Positions 40,487 to 51,485 are shown, numbered from the stretch's first letter. The stretch: DNA of 64,000 nucleotides from Pelagomonas calceolata (GCA_918797485.1 CAKKNE010000004.1:2852001-2916000); one strand, 5' to 3'. Program-made: numbers and translations. Notes: a model not told the origin generated them from the sequence alone.

Positions 40487-41932
40487 TTAGTCTTTCCCCC
40501 AGAGCACCCGTCGCACGTGCTCGTTTCGGAATACGCCGTCGGGGTCGTGCGCGTCACAGAGCGCACGGAAACGCTCGAGCTTGCTGGTTTCAATCTGGTG
40601 CGCCGCCGCCGACGAGAGCTTTCCCCAGTGCGCGCGGACGCCGAACGGCCGGAGAGCCGCCTCGATCGCGGCGACAGCGTCCTTCGCCTCTTCCAGTAAC
40701 GCAGGGTCCGCGTTAAACGACGTGTGGACGCCGAGCGAGTCTACCGGGTGGGGCGAGATCCAAGAGCCATCACCCTTGACGCATCTAAACTCAAAGGCAT
40801 CGACGATGCCCTTCACAGGAGTGCCAACGCTTGAATGCGGCGATGAGAAGCTCCACCCGCTGGCGACCTCGGCCACGGCCCGGACCGCATCCTGCGCGTG
40901 CTCGAGCGGCACGAAGAACTCGGACTGCAGGTCTAGCGCTTTCATCGAGGTCTCTTCAAGTTCGTCATCAATCGTTAATGCGAGCGTCGTCGACCAGGGT
41001 CCTCTAGTCGTCGGCGAGAAAAACTTCGGGTCGGCTGGGTCCGTGAGATAACGCTCCATCTTTGCGAGTTGGGGCGTGCCGAACGCGGGTGGTACGTGTT
41101 TCGGCACGGCATGAGACGACCAGTGAGGATGGAAGTGCCGATACGTCATCCAGGCGAGGCCGGCGCCCGGGCCGGTTCCAAAGCCCGAGGTCCAGATCGA
41201 TAGGCTATCGCACGTCTTGAAGACATCCGGTAGCGACTCGATCGCCGTTTCCAATGGCACGTCGTCATAGCGGTACGCGGCGACCTCGAAGTACGGAACG
41301 ACGTCGAGTGTAAGCTTCGTGACTACTCCCAAGCATCCAAGGTGCACGCGGACGCCCTCGATGAGCTCGGGCGTCCGTTCGCGGTCATAACTCACAGTCG
41401 TTCCATTCGGCAGCATAAATTCCAGCATTGAAACATCAGCTGCGAGGTTTTGGATATGGATCCCCGAGCCGTGCGTTCCCGTGGCGATCGCGCCCGCGAC
41501 GGTGAATTGCGGACACGACGGCAAATTACGCAGAGCGCCGCGCTCGCCGAGGTGTTGGATCACTTCCGTGTAGGTGCATCCGCCCTCGATGGTGATCGAG
41601 CCGAGGCGGTCCGCCATCGGCGCCCGGAAGTCTAGCACGCGATTGAGGCGCGCCAGCGACAGCAAGGTGCCTCCAGCGCACTCGGCGACGGGCGTGAAGC
41701 TGTGTCCGCGGCCGACGACTCGGACAGGCGCTCGCGCGCCACGGACCGCTGACTCCAGCTCCTCTAGAGATGCCGGCACAATAGCTTTGGCGCTGCCGAA
41801 TTCGACGTTGCCCACCCAGTTCTTTTCGAGCAATTTTTCATAGCCAGGAGTGCCGCGCTGGACCCATGCTGCATCTGAAGGCTGCAGCGCAAGGGCTCGC
41901 GTCGCAGTGCATAGCAGGATAAGGGCAATCAT
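40487..41932 (-). CDS. FAD-linked oxidase, alditol oxidase / L-gulonolactone oxidase-like (VAO/PCMH fold)
   Basis: VVGRGHSF (FAD-linking His), TVAGAIATGTHGSG, RVHLGCLGVV, LQSEFFVP, RAHWGK, DPDGVFRN; N-terminal signal peptide. Confidence 0.88.
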   Translation of the reverse strand: MIALILLCTATRALALQPSDAAWVQRGTPGYEKLLEKNWVGNVEFGSAKAIVPASLEELESAVRGARAPVRVVGRGHSFTPVAECAGGTLLSLARLNRVLDFRAPMADRLGSITIEGGCTYTEVIQHLGERGALRNLPSCPQFTVAGAIATGTHGSGIHIQNLAADVSMLEFMLPNGTTVSYDRERTPELIEGVRVHLGCLGVVTKLTLDVVPYFEVAAYRYDDVPLETAIESLPDVFKTCDSLSIWTSGFGTGPGAGLAWMTYRHFHPHWSSHAVPKHVPPAFGTPQLAKMERYLTDPADPKFFSPTTRGPWSTTLALTIDDELEETSMKALDLQSEFFVPLEHAQDAVRAVAEVASGWSFSSPHSSVGTPVKGIVDAFEFRCVKGDGSWISPHPVDSLGVHTSFNADPALLEEAKDAVAAIEAALRPFGVRAHWGKLSSAAAHQIETSKLERFRALCDAHDPDGVFRNEHVRRVLWGKD

Positions 41933-42150
41933 CGATGGATGTAAGTTATCAGACGTAAAGAACCGTGCTGTGCAAGTCTTAAAAACAAAGTTTAGACTAC
42001 CAGCTTCGCGTACGGCAGTAGTGCCAGGCGCCCGAGCCCGAGCTAAAAACTAGCTAGCGCCTTGTAACACTAGAAATCAAAAGCCTCAGCCTCAGCCTCA
42101 AAATTAGGAAGCCGCGTGGGCTAGCGGCCCGTAAGAAGCAGCAAGCAAAA

Positions 42151-44469
42151 TCAACGCACACTTACTCGTCGCGAATCACTCTTCTGCGCGCGCGCCACGG
42201 CCGTCTCGATGGCCGCGAACCGCGCGTCCGTCCAGCCGTGCTCGGCGAGGCCCTCGAAGATGACGAAGGCGTCGGGCCGCGTCAGCGACGCGCCGAGGAA
42301 CGCGTGCACGGCGACCAGGGCGCGCGACTCCTCGTCCACGCCGGACCCGTTCCTCGTCAAAGCCGCGCCGCCCGTCAAGCCCTCACACAGCAGCAGGAGG
42401 TGGTGCGCCAACCGCGCGCTCAGCTTGTCGATGGAAAGCACGGAAGCGCGGAGCCGCGGCAGCGCGTCCGTCGACATCAGCACGTCCGCGCCGCGCGTCT
42501 CCTCGACCGCCGCGCGCAACGCCCGGACATCAGCACACTCCCTAGCAAAGTCCTCGCCGCAGCACAGGCGGTGGGTCGTCGTGAGACCGCACCGCAACGC
42601 ACATTCACACCGCGCCGTGAGGTCCTCGCGGAACCGATCCAAGCGTTCTAGGAGTCGCGTACCGAGCAGCTGGATGAAGTCTCTAGCTTCCTCCTGCGCC
42701 CTCTGTACACGACCCCACACGCGAGCGTCGTCGGGCGGCACCATCTGCCTTAAGGACGCCGTCGCCGCGAAGACGGAACGCCACTCGTCGCACGCGGCCA
42801 CGAGCGCCGCGTCGTCGTTCTCGGCACTCTCGATGCTTGCACGCCGCGCCGCGGCGAGCCACGTATCGAAGCGCTCGGCGAAGGACGAGATGACCGTCTC
42901 CAATTCTAATTCCGCGGGGCGGACGCGGTTCGCGCACTCGCGCCACCAGGCGCCCATCATCGCGTCGTCGCGCAGGCCCGCGAAGCGCAACAATGCCGCC
43001 TCGTCGCCGACGTCGGGCAGCGGCGCGCCGGCGCACGCCGCCGTCACGAGCGCGCCGCAGAAGCGCACCCAGCCGAGCGTCGCGAGGGGTCTTTGTAAAA
43101 CGTCGCCGGGGAAACTTCTAAACTCGACCGTCGCCTCGGACGCCTTTAACACACACCGCGTTAGGTTAAGCTTCGCGTAGCGCGAGGGCTCCGGGCCGAC
43201 CTTGTTGGCGTTGTGCGGCAGTAATGACCGCACGAGCAAGAGCCGCAGGAGCCGCTCGTCGTCCTCATCAATGTCAAGCGGTGCGGCGAAGACGCAGTCG
43301 ACGCTCGTCGCTTCTTCGTCCACATGCAGTGCGTCAAGACCATCATCTATGTCGAGCGCCGCCGCCTTATCCAGATCAAAGTCCAACGCTAATGTAGGAG
43401 TCATCGGCGCGTCTCCATCACTCTCGCAGCCTAAGGCCCTCCAGATCTGCTGGCCTCCACTTTGCGCCGCGTCGCGGCGCCAGACTTCCGCGCCCGTCGC
43501 CGCGTCGCGGATCACCGCCAGTTCTAACCCGGGCGGGACGAAGAAGGCATCGCCGTCCGGCGCCGTGGCCGTCAGCCAGTCGTCGACGCCCCGGTTCTTG
43601 ATGACGCACTGCGCGTCATCGCCGGCGACGCGCATCCTTAGAGCGTCGCGGCCGACGCGGCCCCGGACGCCACCTTTGCGCGCCGCCTCGGAGAGGCCCC
43701 GTCGCCGAAACTCGCGGAGCCGCGCGACGACGTCGTCGACGTGGCGTAAAGCGGCGGCCGTCGTCGACGACCCGCGCCGCGCGCCGGCGCCCAAGATGTC
43801 CCTCAAGTCGCGGCAGTACGCGTTGCCGCGCCGCGCGAGCGGCAAAATAAACGACGACAACGTCTCCTCGAAGGTGCACCAGGCCTTGGCGACCGCCGCG
43901 ACCTCCTCCATGGCGAAGAAGTTCCCGCGGCCGAACGCTCTTCCAATATGCACGTGGAAGCCTGTGCTGTCGTTCGTTTTCGCGCTCAGCGGCGGCTGCC
44001 GCAAAGCCGCGGCGACGTCGATGAATTCTTCCACATCCACGGCGTCGAAGCGCATGACGTGGCTCACGACTTCGAAGGGGAAGGGGGCGTCGTCGTGGGC
44101 GCGGCTCTCCGCCGAGGGCGACGGCGCGATCGACGTGTCCGGCGCGGCCGTCCAGAGGCGGCCCCAGTCGCGTCGATCCGAACTGACGTGGCGGCTCCTC
44201 GTCGTGTGCCGCGCCCCGCCGCCGCGTCTATGAACGAGAGCAGCTATCCGCGCCGAGAGCGCCTCGGCGACGGCCGCGAATAGCTCCTCGTTCGAGCGCA
44301 GTAATCGCAGTTTCGGCAGCACGCGGCGCAAGTCCGGCAGCCAGCATTCCACCTCTAATCCTACGCTCAGTTCGCGCTCGCTGCGCCTGAATGCGAGCGT
44401 GCGCATCTCGCTCTCCGAGCGCACAGCTAAAGCGCTGCCGCTGTTTTGGTGTTCGAGTAGGGAAGCCAT
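42151..44469 (-). CDS. Putative amidoligase (Amidoligase_2, COOH-NH2 ligase fold)
   Basis: GLEVEC, DTSI, FEVVSHVM, NDSTGFHVHIG, RRGNAYC, RYAKLNL and TVEFRSFPG in the expected order. Confidence 0.8.
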   Translation of the reverse strand: MASLLEHQNSGSALAVRSESEMRTLAFRRSERELSVGLEVECWLPDLRRVLPKLRLLRSNEELFAAVAEALSARIAALVHRRGGGARHTTRSRHVSSDRRDWGRLWTAAPDTSIAPSPSAESRAHDDAPFPFEVVSHVMRFDAVDVEEFIDVAAALRQPPLSAKTNDSTGFHVHIGRAFGRGNFFAMEEVAAVAKAWCTFEETLSSFILPLARRGNAYCRDLRDILGAGARRGSSTTAAALRHVDDVVARLREFRRRGLSEAARKGGVRGRVGRDALRMRVAGDDAQCVIKNRGVDDWLTATAPDGDAFFVPPGLELAVIRDAATGAEVWRRDAAQSGGQQIWRALGCESDGDAPMTPTLALDFDLDKAAALDIDDGLDALHVDEEATSVDCVFAAPLDIDEDDERLLRLLLVRSLLPHNANKVGPEPSRYAKLNLTRCVLKASEATVEFRSFPGDVLQRPLATLGWVRFCGALVTAACAGAPLPDVGDEAALLRFAGLRDDAMMGAWWRECANRVRPAELELETVISSFAERFDTWLAAARRASIESAENDDAALVAACDEWRSVFAATASLRQMVPPDDARVWGRVQRAQEEARDFIQLLGTRLLERLDRFREDLTARCECALRCGLTTTHRLCCGEDFARECADVRALRAAVEETRGADVLMSTDALPRLRASVLSIDKLSARLAHHLLLLCEGLTGGAALTRNGSGVDEESRALVAVHAFLGASLTRPDAFVIFEGLAEHGWTDARFAAIETAVARAQKSDSRRVSVR

Positions 44470-44713
44470 AGCTGCGATACAGGAGCCTCGGAAAGCGCCG
44501 TACGATGACTGCGCAACTGTAGGCGTTTTTTTTTGCCAAAAACTCGAGATAGCGGTTGTAACACACTAGAAATCTCATTCAGCCCGGGAGGCTGCGCGCT
44601 TGTTTAGCTGCCTGAGGCTGCCCCAACGCGTCCCTCGGAGCCATTCGCCAGTCATTCGATCGATTCGCGTCGACAGGGCAGCTCTGAGGCGGCTTGGGTG
44701 CGATGTGCTGAAG

Positions 44714-45766
44714 ATGGGGTTACCGAGAGTGCTCCTCACACTGGCGGCTCTCGCGGCCGCGGACGACCGGCAGGTAGCATGGATCGCAGAGCAGCGCGAC
44801 GGCACCGGCAGAAAGGGCTGGCGGGCCGCTCTGGGCTCCGTCGACGTGAGCTGTCAGTTCGCCGCGCGCATCGGAACAAAAGCGCTGGTCTTCGAGACGG
44901 CCGACGGTCGCTTCGCCTTCACGGCGGCCGAGGCCTCGGGGGCGGCGTTCGCGAAGACGCCGCGCCTCTGTCGTTTTGCGGGAGGCGCGGCGCCCGCCGA
45001 CACACCGGCGCTCGTGCTCGCCGCCGTAAGCGTCAAGCGCGTCTTCGCGTCGTGGCCGAAATTTCTGAACGCGCTGGTCTACGCGGCTGCGCGACGGCTC
45101 CCTGTCTATTTGTGGGTCGGCGAGGCGCCCGCCCCCCACCTCGGGGACGTCTGCAAGGATTCGAAGCACGACGACGACCCGCACGTCAAAATCGCGGCGA
45201 CCGCCGTGCTGCTGGGCCACCCGCGGGTCCCGGCCGCGTTTGCGCGCGATCTTGACCTGGTTGTGGAGGGGCGCGCGGTCCGCGACCCCATGGCCGCGAC
45301 GCACGACGCTATATCAATACACGATGAGAATAGAGTGGACGTCGCGGTGCCTTGCACCGCACATGGAGGGCGCCATCGCTTAAGAGCCACAAAGCTCTAC
45401 GTGCGTGATGTGCCGGCCGCACGGAACTTCCTGGACCTCTGGCTCGACCACCGGTGCGGCGCGGAAAGGTGGTACCATCCTCTGAGGGACGCCGCGTACC
45501 GCGCCGGCGTCGCCGGCGGCTGCTTGAAATCAGAGGGAGCACGATTGATCGCGAACCGCACGCGCACGGAGAAGCAGCCCGCGCTCAACTACCTCTTCCG
45601 GCGCTGCCCGACCTTCCGCTTCGGCTGCGGCCAGCACTTTGTGATGCCCGAGTTCCACGTATTGAAGTCTCATGACCTGGCGGGTGGATCGGACCTCGAG
45701 CGCCTCGGGCTCGCGGGCCTCGACCACGACGTGATATACAGTGCGGCTCGGCCGCTCGTCGTCTAA
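44714..45766 (+). CDS. Secreted protein, weakly glycosyltransferase-like
   Basis: Signal peptide MGLPRVLLTLAALAAA; HVKIAA...ARDLD and ARNFLDLW loosely resemble GT34-like enzymes. Confidence 0.55.
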   Translation: MGLPRVLLTLAALAAADDRQVAWIAEQRDGTGRKGWRAALGSVDVSCQFAARIGTKALVFETADGRFAFTAAEASGAAFAKTPRLCRFAGGAAPADTPALVLAAVSVKRVFASWPKFLNALVYAAARRLPVYLWVGEAPAPHLGDVCKDSKHDDDPHVKIAATAVLLGHPRVPAAFARDLDLVVEGRAVRDPMAATHDAISIHDENRVDVAVPCTAHGGRHRLRATKLYVRDVPAARNFLDLWLDHRCGAERWYHPLRDAAYRAGVAGGCLKSEGARLIANRTRTEKQPALNYLFRRCPTFRFGCGQHFVMPEFHVLKSHDLAGGSDLERLGLAGLDHDVIYSAARPLVV

Positions 45767-46212
45767 TGTGTTCTTTGTGTGTCACGGTAGCGTGGGCCCC
45801 TTAGCCTTGGGCGACGATATCGCGATCGCCTCGTCGCAGATGGCAGCGAGCTGTGCCATGCGTGCCGCGGTGAAGCTCTAGGAGTGACAAAATTCTGCTC
45901 AGGCTCAGGCTAGTTACGTCGCGGGGTTCTCGTACCTTTCCGCTCCCCCCGGGCCCACCCGTCTGCTTGCTAGTATCTTACAGGCCGCTTGCCCACCTGA
46001 TTTAGCCTGAAAAAAAGTAGCGCTTACGTCACGAGCTGTGGCGCCGGTGTGGATACGGCCCGCGTGGCTCGCTATTGTACACAACGCACGACAACGCGTG
46101 CAGTTTCAAGCCGTAGGGGCGAAACTCCCGTGATCAAACCAAGTTACTTTTTGACCACCGGCAACGCGATACGCCGTCACGCGTTAGAGCCGTGTCGCCG
46201 GACCCCGCGACG

Positions 46213-46459
46213 ATGCGCTCGATCCTGCTGCTCGCGACCGCGGTGACCGCGAAGCCACTCTTCGAGGACGCGCCGGCGTTCCCACAAGGAAGTCACCGGG
46301 GACAACGCGAAGCGCCTGCACAACTTCGCCCACAACGTAAAAAAGGGCCACGCGCTCCAGGAGATATCGGGAGCGCTCGCTCGCGGTGACATCACCTGGA
46401 ACGCTCTGGGCGTCGCGTTTCGCCGAGGCTTTCGCCAGTCCAAGGCGACCAGGCTATAA
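46213..46459 (+). pseudogene. Small secreted-protein gene with an apparent frameshift near 46283
   Basis: MRSILLLATAVTAKPLFEDAPAF, then coding-like codons continue in a shifted frame (HKEVTGDNAKRLHNFAHNVKKGHALQEISG...KATRL*). Confidence 0.45.
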
Positions 46460-46491
46460 TATCAATTCATTTATTCCCAGTAGTGGGCGAG

Positions 46492-47334
46492 TCAACACGC
46501 GACGTGTATCCGTATGGCAGCCCGCTCCTCGGGCGTCATGCCCAAGGCATCAAGGTCGTCGTCATCAATAAAAACCAGGTCGCTGACGCGGCGCGCGCCG
46601 AGGGCCGCGACGGCGTCCAGATATTTCCCCAAGCCTCGCCGGACGAGCCACAGGTCCAAATTCGAGGAGGGGGACCGCGGCAGCTCCGGCGGCGCCGGGG
46701 GCAGCGGCGGCTCGGCGTCGCTGTCGGACGCAGCGACCTCGAAGCGCGCGGCCACGGAACAGCCGAGGTAGCGGCCCACGAGCGAGGCCTCCTCCTCAAA
46801 CTTCACGAGCGACTCCTCGGACGAGGACGCGTCCCGCCGCCAACCGCGCGGGTCCTCGTCGACCGGCGACTCCGGCGTGCCGGGCGTCACGGCGCGCGTC
46901 GGCGTCGCCGCGCCCGACGACGCGACGCTGCGCGCGGGGCTGCCGGCCACGGGCGCCGCGAAGTCGCCGATAGATAATGCGCTGCAAAAAGTAAACGGCG
47001 CGACGGCGTCCGGCCCCGCGGGTGGCGTCACAGCGTGGACCCGCGACGCCCGGGCTTTGCCGGTGATGCGCTTCTCGCGGCGACGCGGCGGCGTCGTGAG
47101 GTCGACTGTCTCGACGACGCGGGCATCGTCGTCGTCCTCGTCCAGTGAGAGCGCGGGCCCGATGCGTGGCGTCCGCGGGCCGTCGTCGGGTGGCGGGGGC
47201 GCCTCGCTGGGCCAGCGGTCGACGTACTCCAGTTCCTGCAGGGAGCCCATTGAGGGCTCGCTGCGTAATCCGTCGTCGGAGAATGAGTCCTCCGATCTTG
47301 CCAGCGGCACGGATTCGGGCTGCCCTAGCATCAT
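46492..47334 (-). CDS. Disordered protein with C-terminal SAM domain
   Basis: LDLWLVRRGLGKYLDAVAALGARRVSDLVFIDDDDLDALGM is SAM-like; start at ATG 47334 is tentative. Confidence 0.7.
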   Translation of the reverse strand: MMLGQPESVPLARSEDSFSDDGLRSEPSMGSLQELEYVDRWPSEAPPPPDDGPRTPRIGPALSLDEDDDDARVVETVDLTTPPRRREKRITGKARASRVHAVTPPAGPDAVAPFTFCSALSIGDFAAPVAGSPARSVASSGAATPTRAVTPGTPESPVDEDPRGWRRDASSSEESLVKFEEEASLVGRYLGCSVAARFEVAASDSDAEPPLPPAPPELPRSPSSNLDLWLVRRGLGKYLDAVAALGARRVSDLVFIDDDDLDALGMTPEERAAIRIHVAC

Positions 47335-47754
47335 GTTGTCATGTCTCTGGCGGACAATGTGGTGAGAGGGCTGCCCAGGGACAATTCGCTGTCCTGGTCG
47401 CCGCCGAGAAGGCTGTCTCTTGCGCGTGCGATGCGCGGACGCCTCCCCTGCGCCTGCCCGTGTGTCTCGGCGCGCTGCTGTGCGCTGAACAGATGCTGAG
47501 CAGAATGGCTCTCTAGAATTCAAACCACTAGGAGCCGCGCGCAAGCCGTGGACCAGGCGATCGGGGGCGCTGATCTCACTGTTCGTGGGTTTTCTACGCG
47601 GTCGCGAGCTACGAAGAACCGCGATGGGCCTGCGCCGCGCGTTAGCGTCGGTCCGCCGTCGGAGCGGCAACGAGACCCACTCCGTCCGCCGCGACGCCGC
47701 CGACGCGGCACAAATACAAGAAAGTTGGAATCACACTTATATTTCCCCGAAGAA

Positions 47755-49089
47755 TCACGCGTCGTCGAGCGCGGCCACGCCCGGCAGCACCTTGCCCTCC
47801 AGCAACTCGAGGGACGCGCCGCCACCCGTACTAATATGAGACATCTTCGACGCCAGACCGGCCTTCTCCACCGCCGCCACACTATCCCCCCCTCCAATAA
47901 TCGTGATCCCGTCCAGACTGCCAAGCGCGTCGGCCACCGCAAAAGTACCTTTGGCAAAGTTGTCGAACTCAAACACGCCCATGGGCCCGTTCCAGACCAC
48001 GGTTTTTGATGCAGAAACAACATCCGAAAACTCCTTGGCCGACTCCGGCCCGACGTCGAGCCCGAGCCAGCCGTCCGGGATGCCGTCGACGCCGACATTC
48101 TTGAACGCCGCGTCGGCGGCGAACTTGTCCGCCACGACCACGTCCTTCGGCAGCAAGAACTTCACGCCCTTGGCCTCGGCCTTCGCTAACAGATCCCGAG
48201 CCATATCTATGTAGTCCTCTTCGATCAACGACCCGCCGACAGAATGGCCCTGAGCTTTATAAAAAGTGAAGATCATGCCGCCCCCAACTAATACATTATC
48301 GCACTTGTCGAGCATGGACTCGATGACCGGGATTTTCGTCGAGACTTTCGCGCCGCCCAGAATCGCCGTCAACGGTCGTTTAGGAGCATCAATAGCGCCC
48401 TTGATGTAGACGAGCTCCTTCTCCATCAACACACCGCCGGCAGCGGGACCATCAATATGTTTTACGACACCTTCAGTCGACGCGTGGGCCCGATGCGCGG
48501 TGCCAAACGCGTCGTTCACGTAGGCATTGGCGCCCGACGACGTCGCCAGGGCTTTGGCAAAGTCCTCGTGGTTTTTGGTCTCGCCCTTGTGGAAGCGCAC
48601 GTTCTCCAGGAGGACGACACCGCCCTTGGGCATGCCGTCGCACATTTTCTTCACGTCGTCGCCGACGCAGTCGTCCGCTTTTATCACATCGGTGTCAAGT
48701 AGCTCCGAAAGTCTTCCAACGACGGGCGAGACGGAGAACTTCGGATCGGGTTCTCCTTTAGGTCGGCCGATATGCGTGGCCACGACGACCGACGCGCCCT
48801 GCTCCTTCAGAAAATTCATGGTGGGCACGACGGCCCTCAACCGCGTGTCGTCCGTGATGGTCACGCCGTCGTCTTTTGATAAAGGTACATTTAAATCTAA
48901 CCGGATGAGGACGCGCGACTGGCTGAGGTCGACCTGTGTTGCATCGATGCGTTTTTGCGCATAGTTTCACATGGGACAGCGGTAATTTACCTTGTTAGCG
49001 AGGCCTTCGAGCCCTAGTTTGCCGCCCGCACCGGCGGCGCTGAAGCAGCGCGCTGCGTGCGCGGCTGCGCGACTTCCTTGCCGAATCAT
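47755..49089 (-). CDS. PGK: Phosphoglycerate kinase, probably mitochondrion-targeted; exons 49089-48991 and 48933-47755
   Basis: [61 protein letters not shown]; 57-nt GT..AG intron 48934-48990 with an in-frame stop. Confidence 0.96.
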
Positions 49090-49449
49090 TGCTTTTACCC
49101 GCTGCCACTGTCCGTCCACGTCCCTGTGTAAAACCACTCTCCGAAATGTGGGAGCCTAATCACTGCTCTTTGAAGGAGTACTTTTGGGCTCAGAAGACTC
49201 GTCCAAAGGAAATGCAAAGGAAAAAGGGGTGCGCCGAGCTAGCGTCGACGGGCTCTAGCTCGACAAGCTCAGCTGCAGCTTGGCCTTGCCTGGCGCGGCG
49301 TACGCGCTAGATTTGGCGCAACAGACAGCAGCACTGGTGCAAAAGGAGACTGTGGTGCATCTCTGCCGCTTGCTGAGTCGGCGTGCCCAGCGGTAACAGT
49401 GGTACCCCCTCACAGCAAGGCTGGGCTGTAGGCAAACAAAACAGAAGCG

Positions 49450-51189
49450 ATGCCGCGCCTCATCGCGCTGACGCTGCTCGCATGCAGCGGCGGCCTCCAG
49501 CCGCGGCGCGTCCGCGTGCACCGCGTCCGACGCCACGTGCAGGACGAGACGTGGATCGCGGAGGAGGACCGAGCGCAGCCGTCGTACCTCGACACGCTCA
49601 CGAAAAAGATGGCCGACTCCTTGTTGGCAAATTCTTTAGAGATCCAGGTCCCTGGTCCTGGCGCGGCCCGAGAAGGTGATTTTTTTGAGTCGCAACGGAG
49701 AGAAAGAGCCGCGCCGGCTGCGTTAAGGATCAACGCCGACTTGTTGCACTGGCGCGCGAAGAAGGAGGAACGACGAGGTAGAATAAAAGAGGCCAGAAGG
49801 TTGTGGCAGCTGTGCCTGCAAATAAGGCCGGACGACGGCCGCACTTATATAGCATTAGCAAGAGATCTGGAACGGAGGCAGCGAGACGGCGAAGCCGCGT
49901 TGCAGCTCCTGAACGAGGGCCTGACCCAGGACCCGTCGAATGCCTACGTGAGGCAGGCCTACGCCGTGCTGCTGGAGCGACGGGGTCGCACTAACGAGGC
50001 TCTGAAGCAGTTACGACTCGCGACGGCCTACGACCCGAAGCACGTCGCGTCGTGGGTCGCTACTGCGCGCTTACTCACAAGGGATTTGAGGGGAGCTCCC
50101 TTACCTCTAAGGAGAGATGTCAATCAAACGGAAGATGATGATGAGGTCTGGCTGCTAGGTACGACGACCCAGACGCTAGCACGGGCTCCCGAGAAGGACG
50201 ACCAGCGCAACGCCGCCGACGCCATCGAGTGCTTCAAGAAAGCGCTACAGGCGGAGCCGCGGAACTACTACGCGTTATCATGTTTCGCGGACCTCGAAGC
50301 GCGACTAGGACATGTGGACGCCGCGCGCGATTTGTTTAGGAGGTCGTCGGACGCCAATCCGTCCAATGCCGCTACGCTGGTGGCCTGGGCGAATTTGGAG
50401 GAAGCTAGGGGTCTGGGGTTGGTGCGCGCGCGGGAGTTATATGATAAGGCTCACAGAAGTCACGCGACGAACACGAGGGTGTTTACGGCCTGGGCCATGG
50501 CTGAAGCTAGACATGGGAACGCTACCGGCGCGCTGAAGTTGTTGGAGCGGGCGACGCGCGCGAGGGGCTTCGCGCCCGGTGGCATCACGGACGCCGCGGT
50601 CTTCTCGACGCTAGGAGAAGTGTGCTGGCACCACCTCGAGGACTTCGACCGAGCGGCGGACGCGTTTCGGCGGAGCGTCGAGACGGACCGGAGGCATGCC
50701 GCTGGTTATTATAAATGGGCTACGATGGAGTTGAGACGGGGTCGAGCTGGACGAGCTAGAGATTTACTCCAGCGAGGCATCTGGGGCTGCGCGGGCGTCG
50801 CCAAGTCCGTGGAGATGGCCAAACTCCATAGGGCCAAGGGGCAGCTCGAGGCGAATAGTACGTTACGCGGCAAACGAAGGTGGGAGAAGTACGAGGACGG
50901 CAATATGGAAAAAGCCCAACGGTGGGAGCAGGACGCGGAAAGTGCGAGAACATCATTTAGGAAAGCCTTGGAGCTGTCGGCGGCGGCGGCGACGTTCGCG
51001 GCCTGGGCGCGCTTCGAGGAGGCTTTAGGTGACGTGGACGCGGCGCGCGACGTCCTCGAGGACGGCTTGTCGAGTTGCCCGCGGGCAGCGAATATTTGGA
51101 GGGAGTTCGTCCAGTTCGAGGGGCGGCATAGGGGAGAGGAGGCGGCCGAGGCGGCCAGAAGGCGGGCGCGGGCGGCGCTGGGCGGGTAA
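49450..51189 (+). CDS. HAT/TPR repeat protein similar to plastid mRNA maturation factors HCF107/Mbb1
   Basis: Signal peptide; PDDGRTYIALAR, NAYVRQAYAVLL, HVASWVATA, ARDLLQRGIW half-a-TPR repeats. Confidence 0.75.
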   Translation: MPRLIALTLLACSGGLQPRRVRVHRVRRHVQDETWIAEEDRAQPSYLDTLTKKMADSLLANSLEIQVPGPGAAREGDFFESQRRERAAPAALRINADLLHWRAKKEERRGRIKEARRLWQLCLQIRPDDGRTYIALARDLERRQRDGEAALQLLNEGLTQDPSNAYVRQAYAVLLERRGRTNEALKQLRLATAYDPKHVASWVATARLLTRDLRGAPLPLRRDVNQTEDDDEVWLLGTTTQTLARAPEKDDQRNAADAIECFKKALQAEPRNYYALSCFADLEARLGHVDAARDLFRRSSDANPSNAATLVAWANLEEARGLGLVRARELYDKAHRSHATNTRVFTAWAMAEARHGNATGALKLLERATRARGFAPGGITDAAVFSTLGEVCWHHLEDFDRAADAFRRSVETDRRHAAGYYKWATMELRRGRAGRARDLLQRGIWGCAGVAKSVEMAKLHRAKGQLEANSTLRGKRRWEKYEDGNMEKAQRWEQDAESARTSFRKALELSAAAATFAAWARFEEALGDVDAARDVLEDGLSSCPRAANIWREFVQFEGRHRGEEAAEAARRRARAALGG

Positions 51190-51485
51190 TTCTAGTCCAG
51201 ATTTGATGTTACGGTGCTAGAACTAGTGGGCGGAGTCCCTGGGGGGTAATTTAGTCCGTTGCATTTATTCCTAGTGTCTTAATGGCGCTAGATGGTGTCG
51301 GCCCCGCCTTAGTAAGACGAGCGTTCTGGTGCCTTGTGCGCACTTACACGCATCAACAAGCAGCGCCGCGAGCAGCGACAGCCCGCTGACGACGCCTAAG
51401 GCACGCAACGGTGCGCAGAGCAACGCTGTAAAGAGGCTGCTCTCACACGCTGCCCAGGCCAGATCACGCCGTGCGCGCCGCATCG

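Noticed and set aside
40487..45766. Oxidase, amidoligase and glycosyltransferase-like genes as a biosynthetic cluster
   Set aside because: Adjacency alone in a compact genome; predicted compartments differ and there is no evidence of co-regulation.
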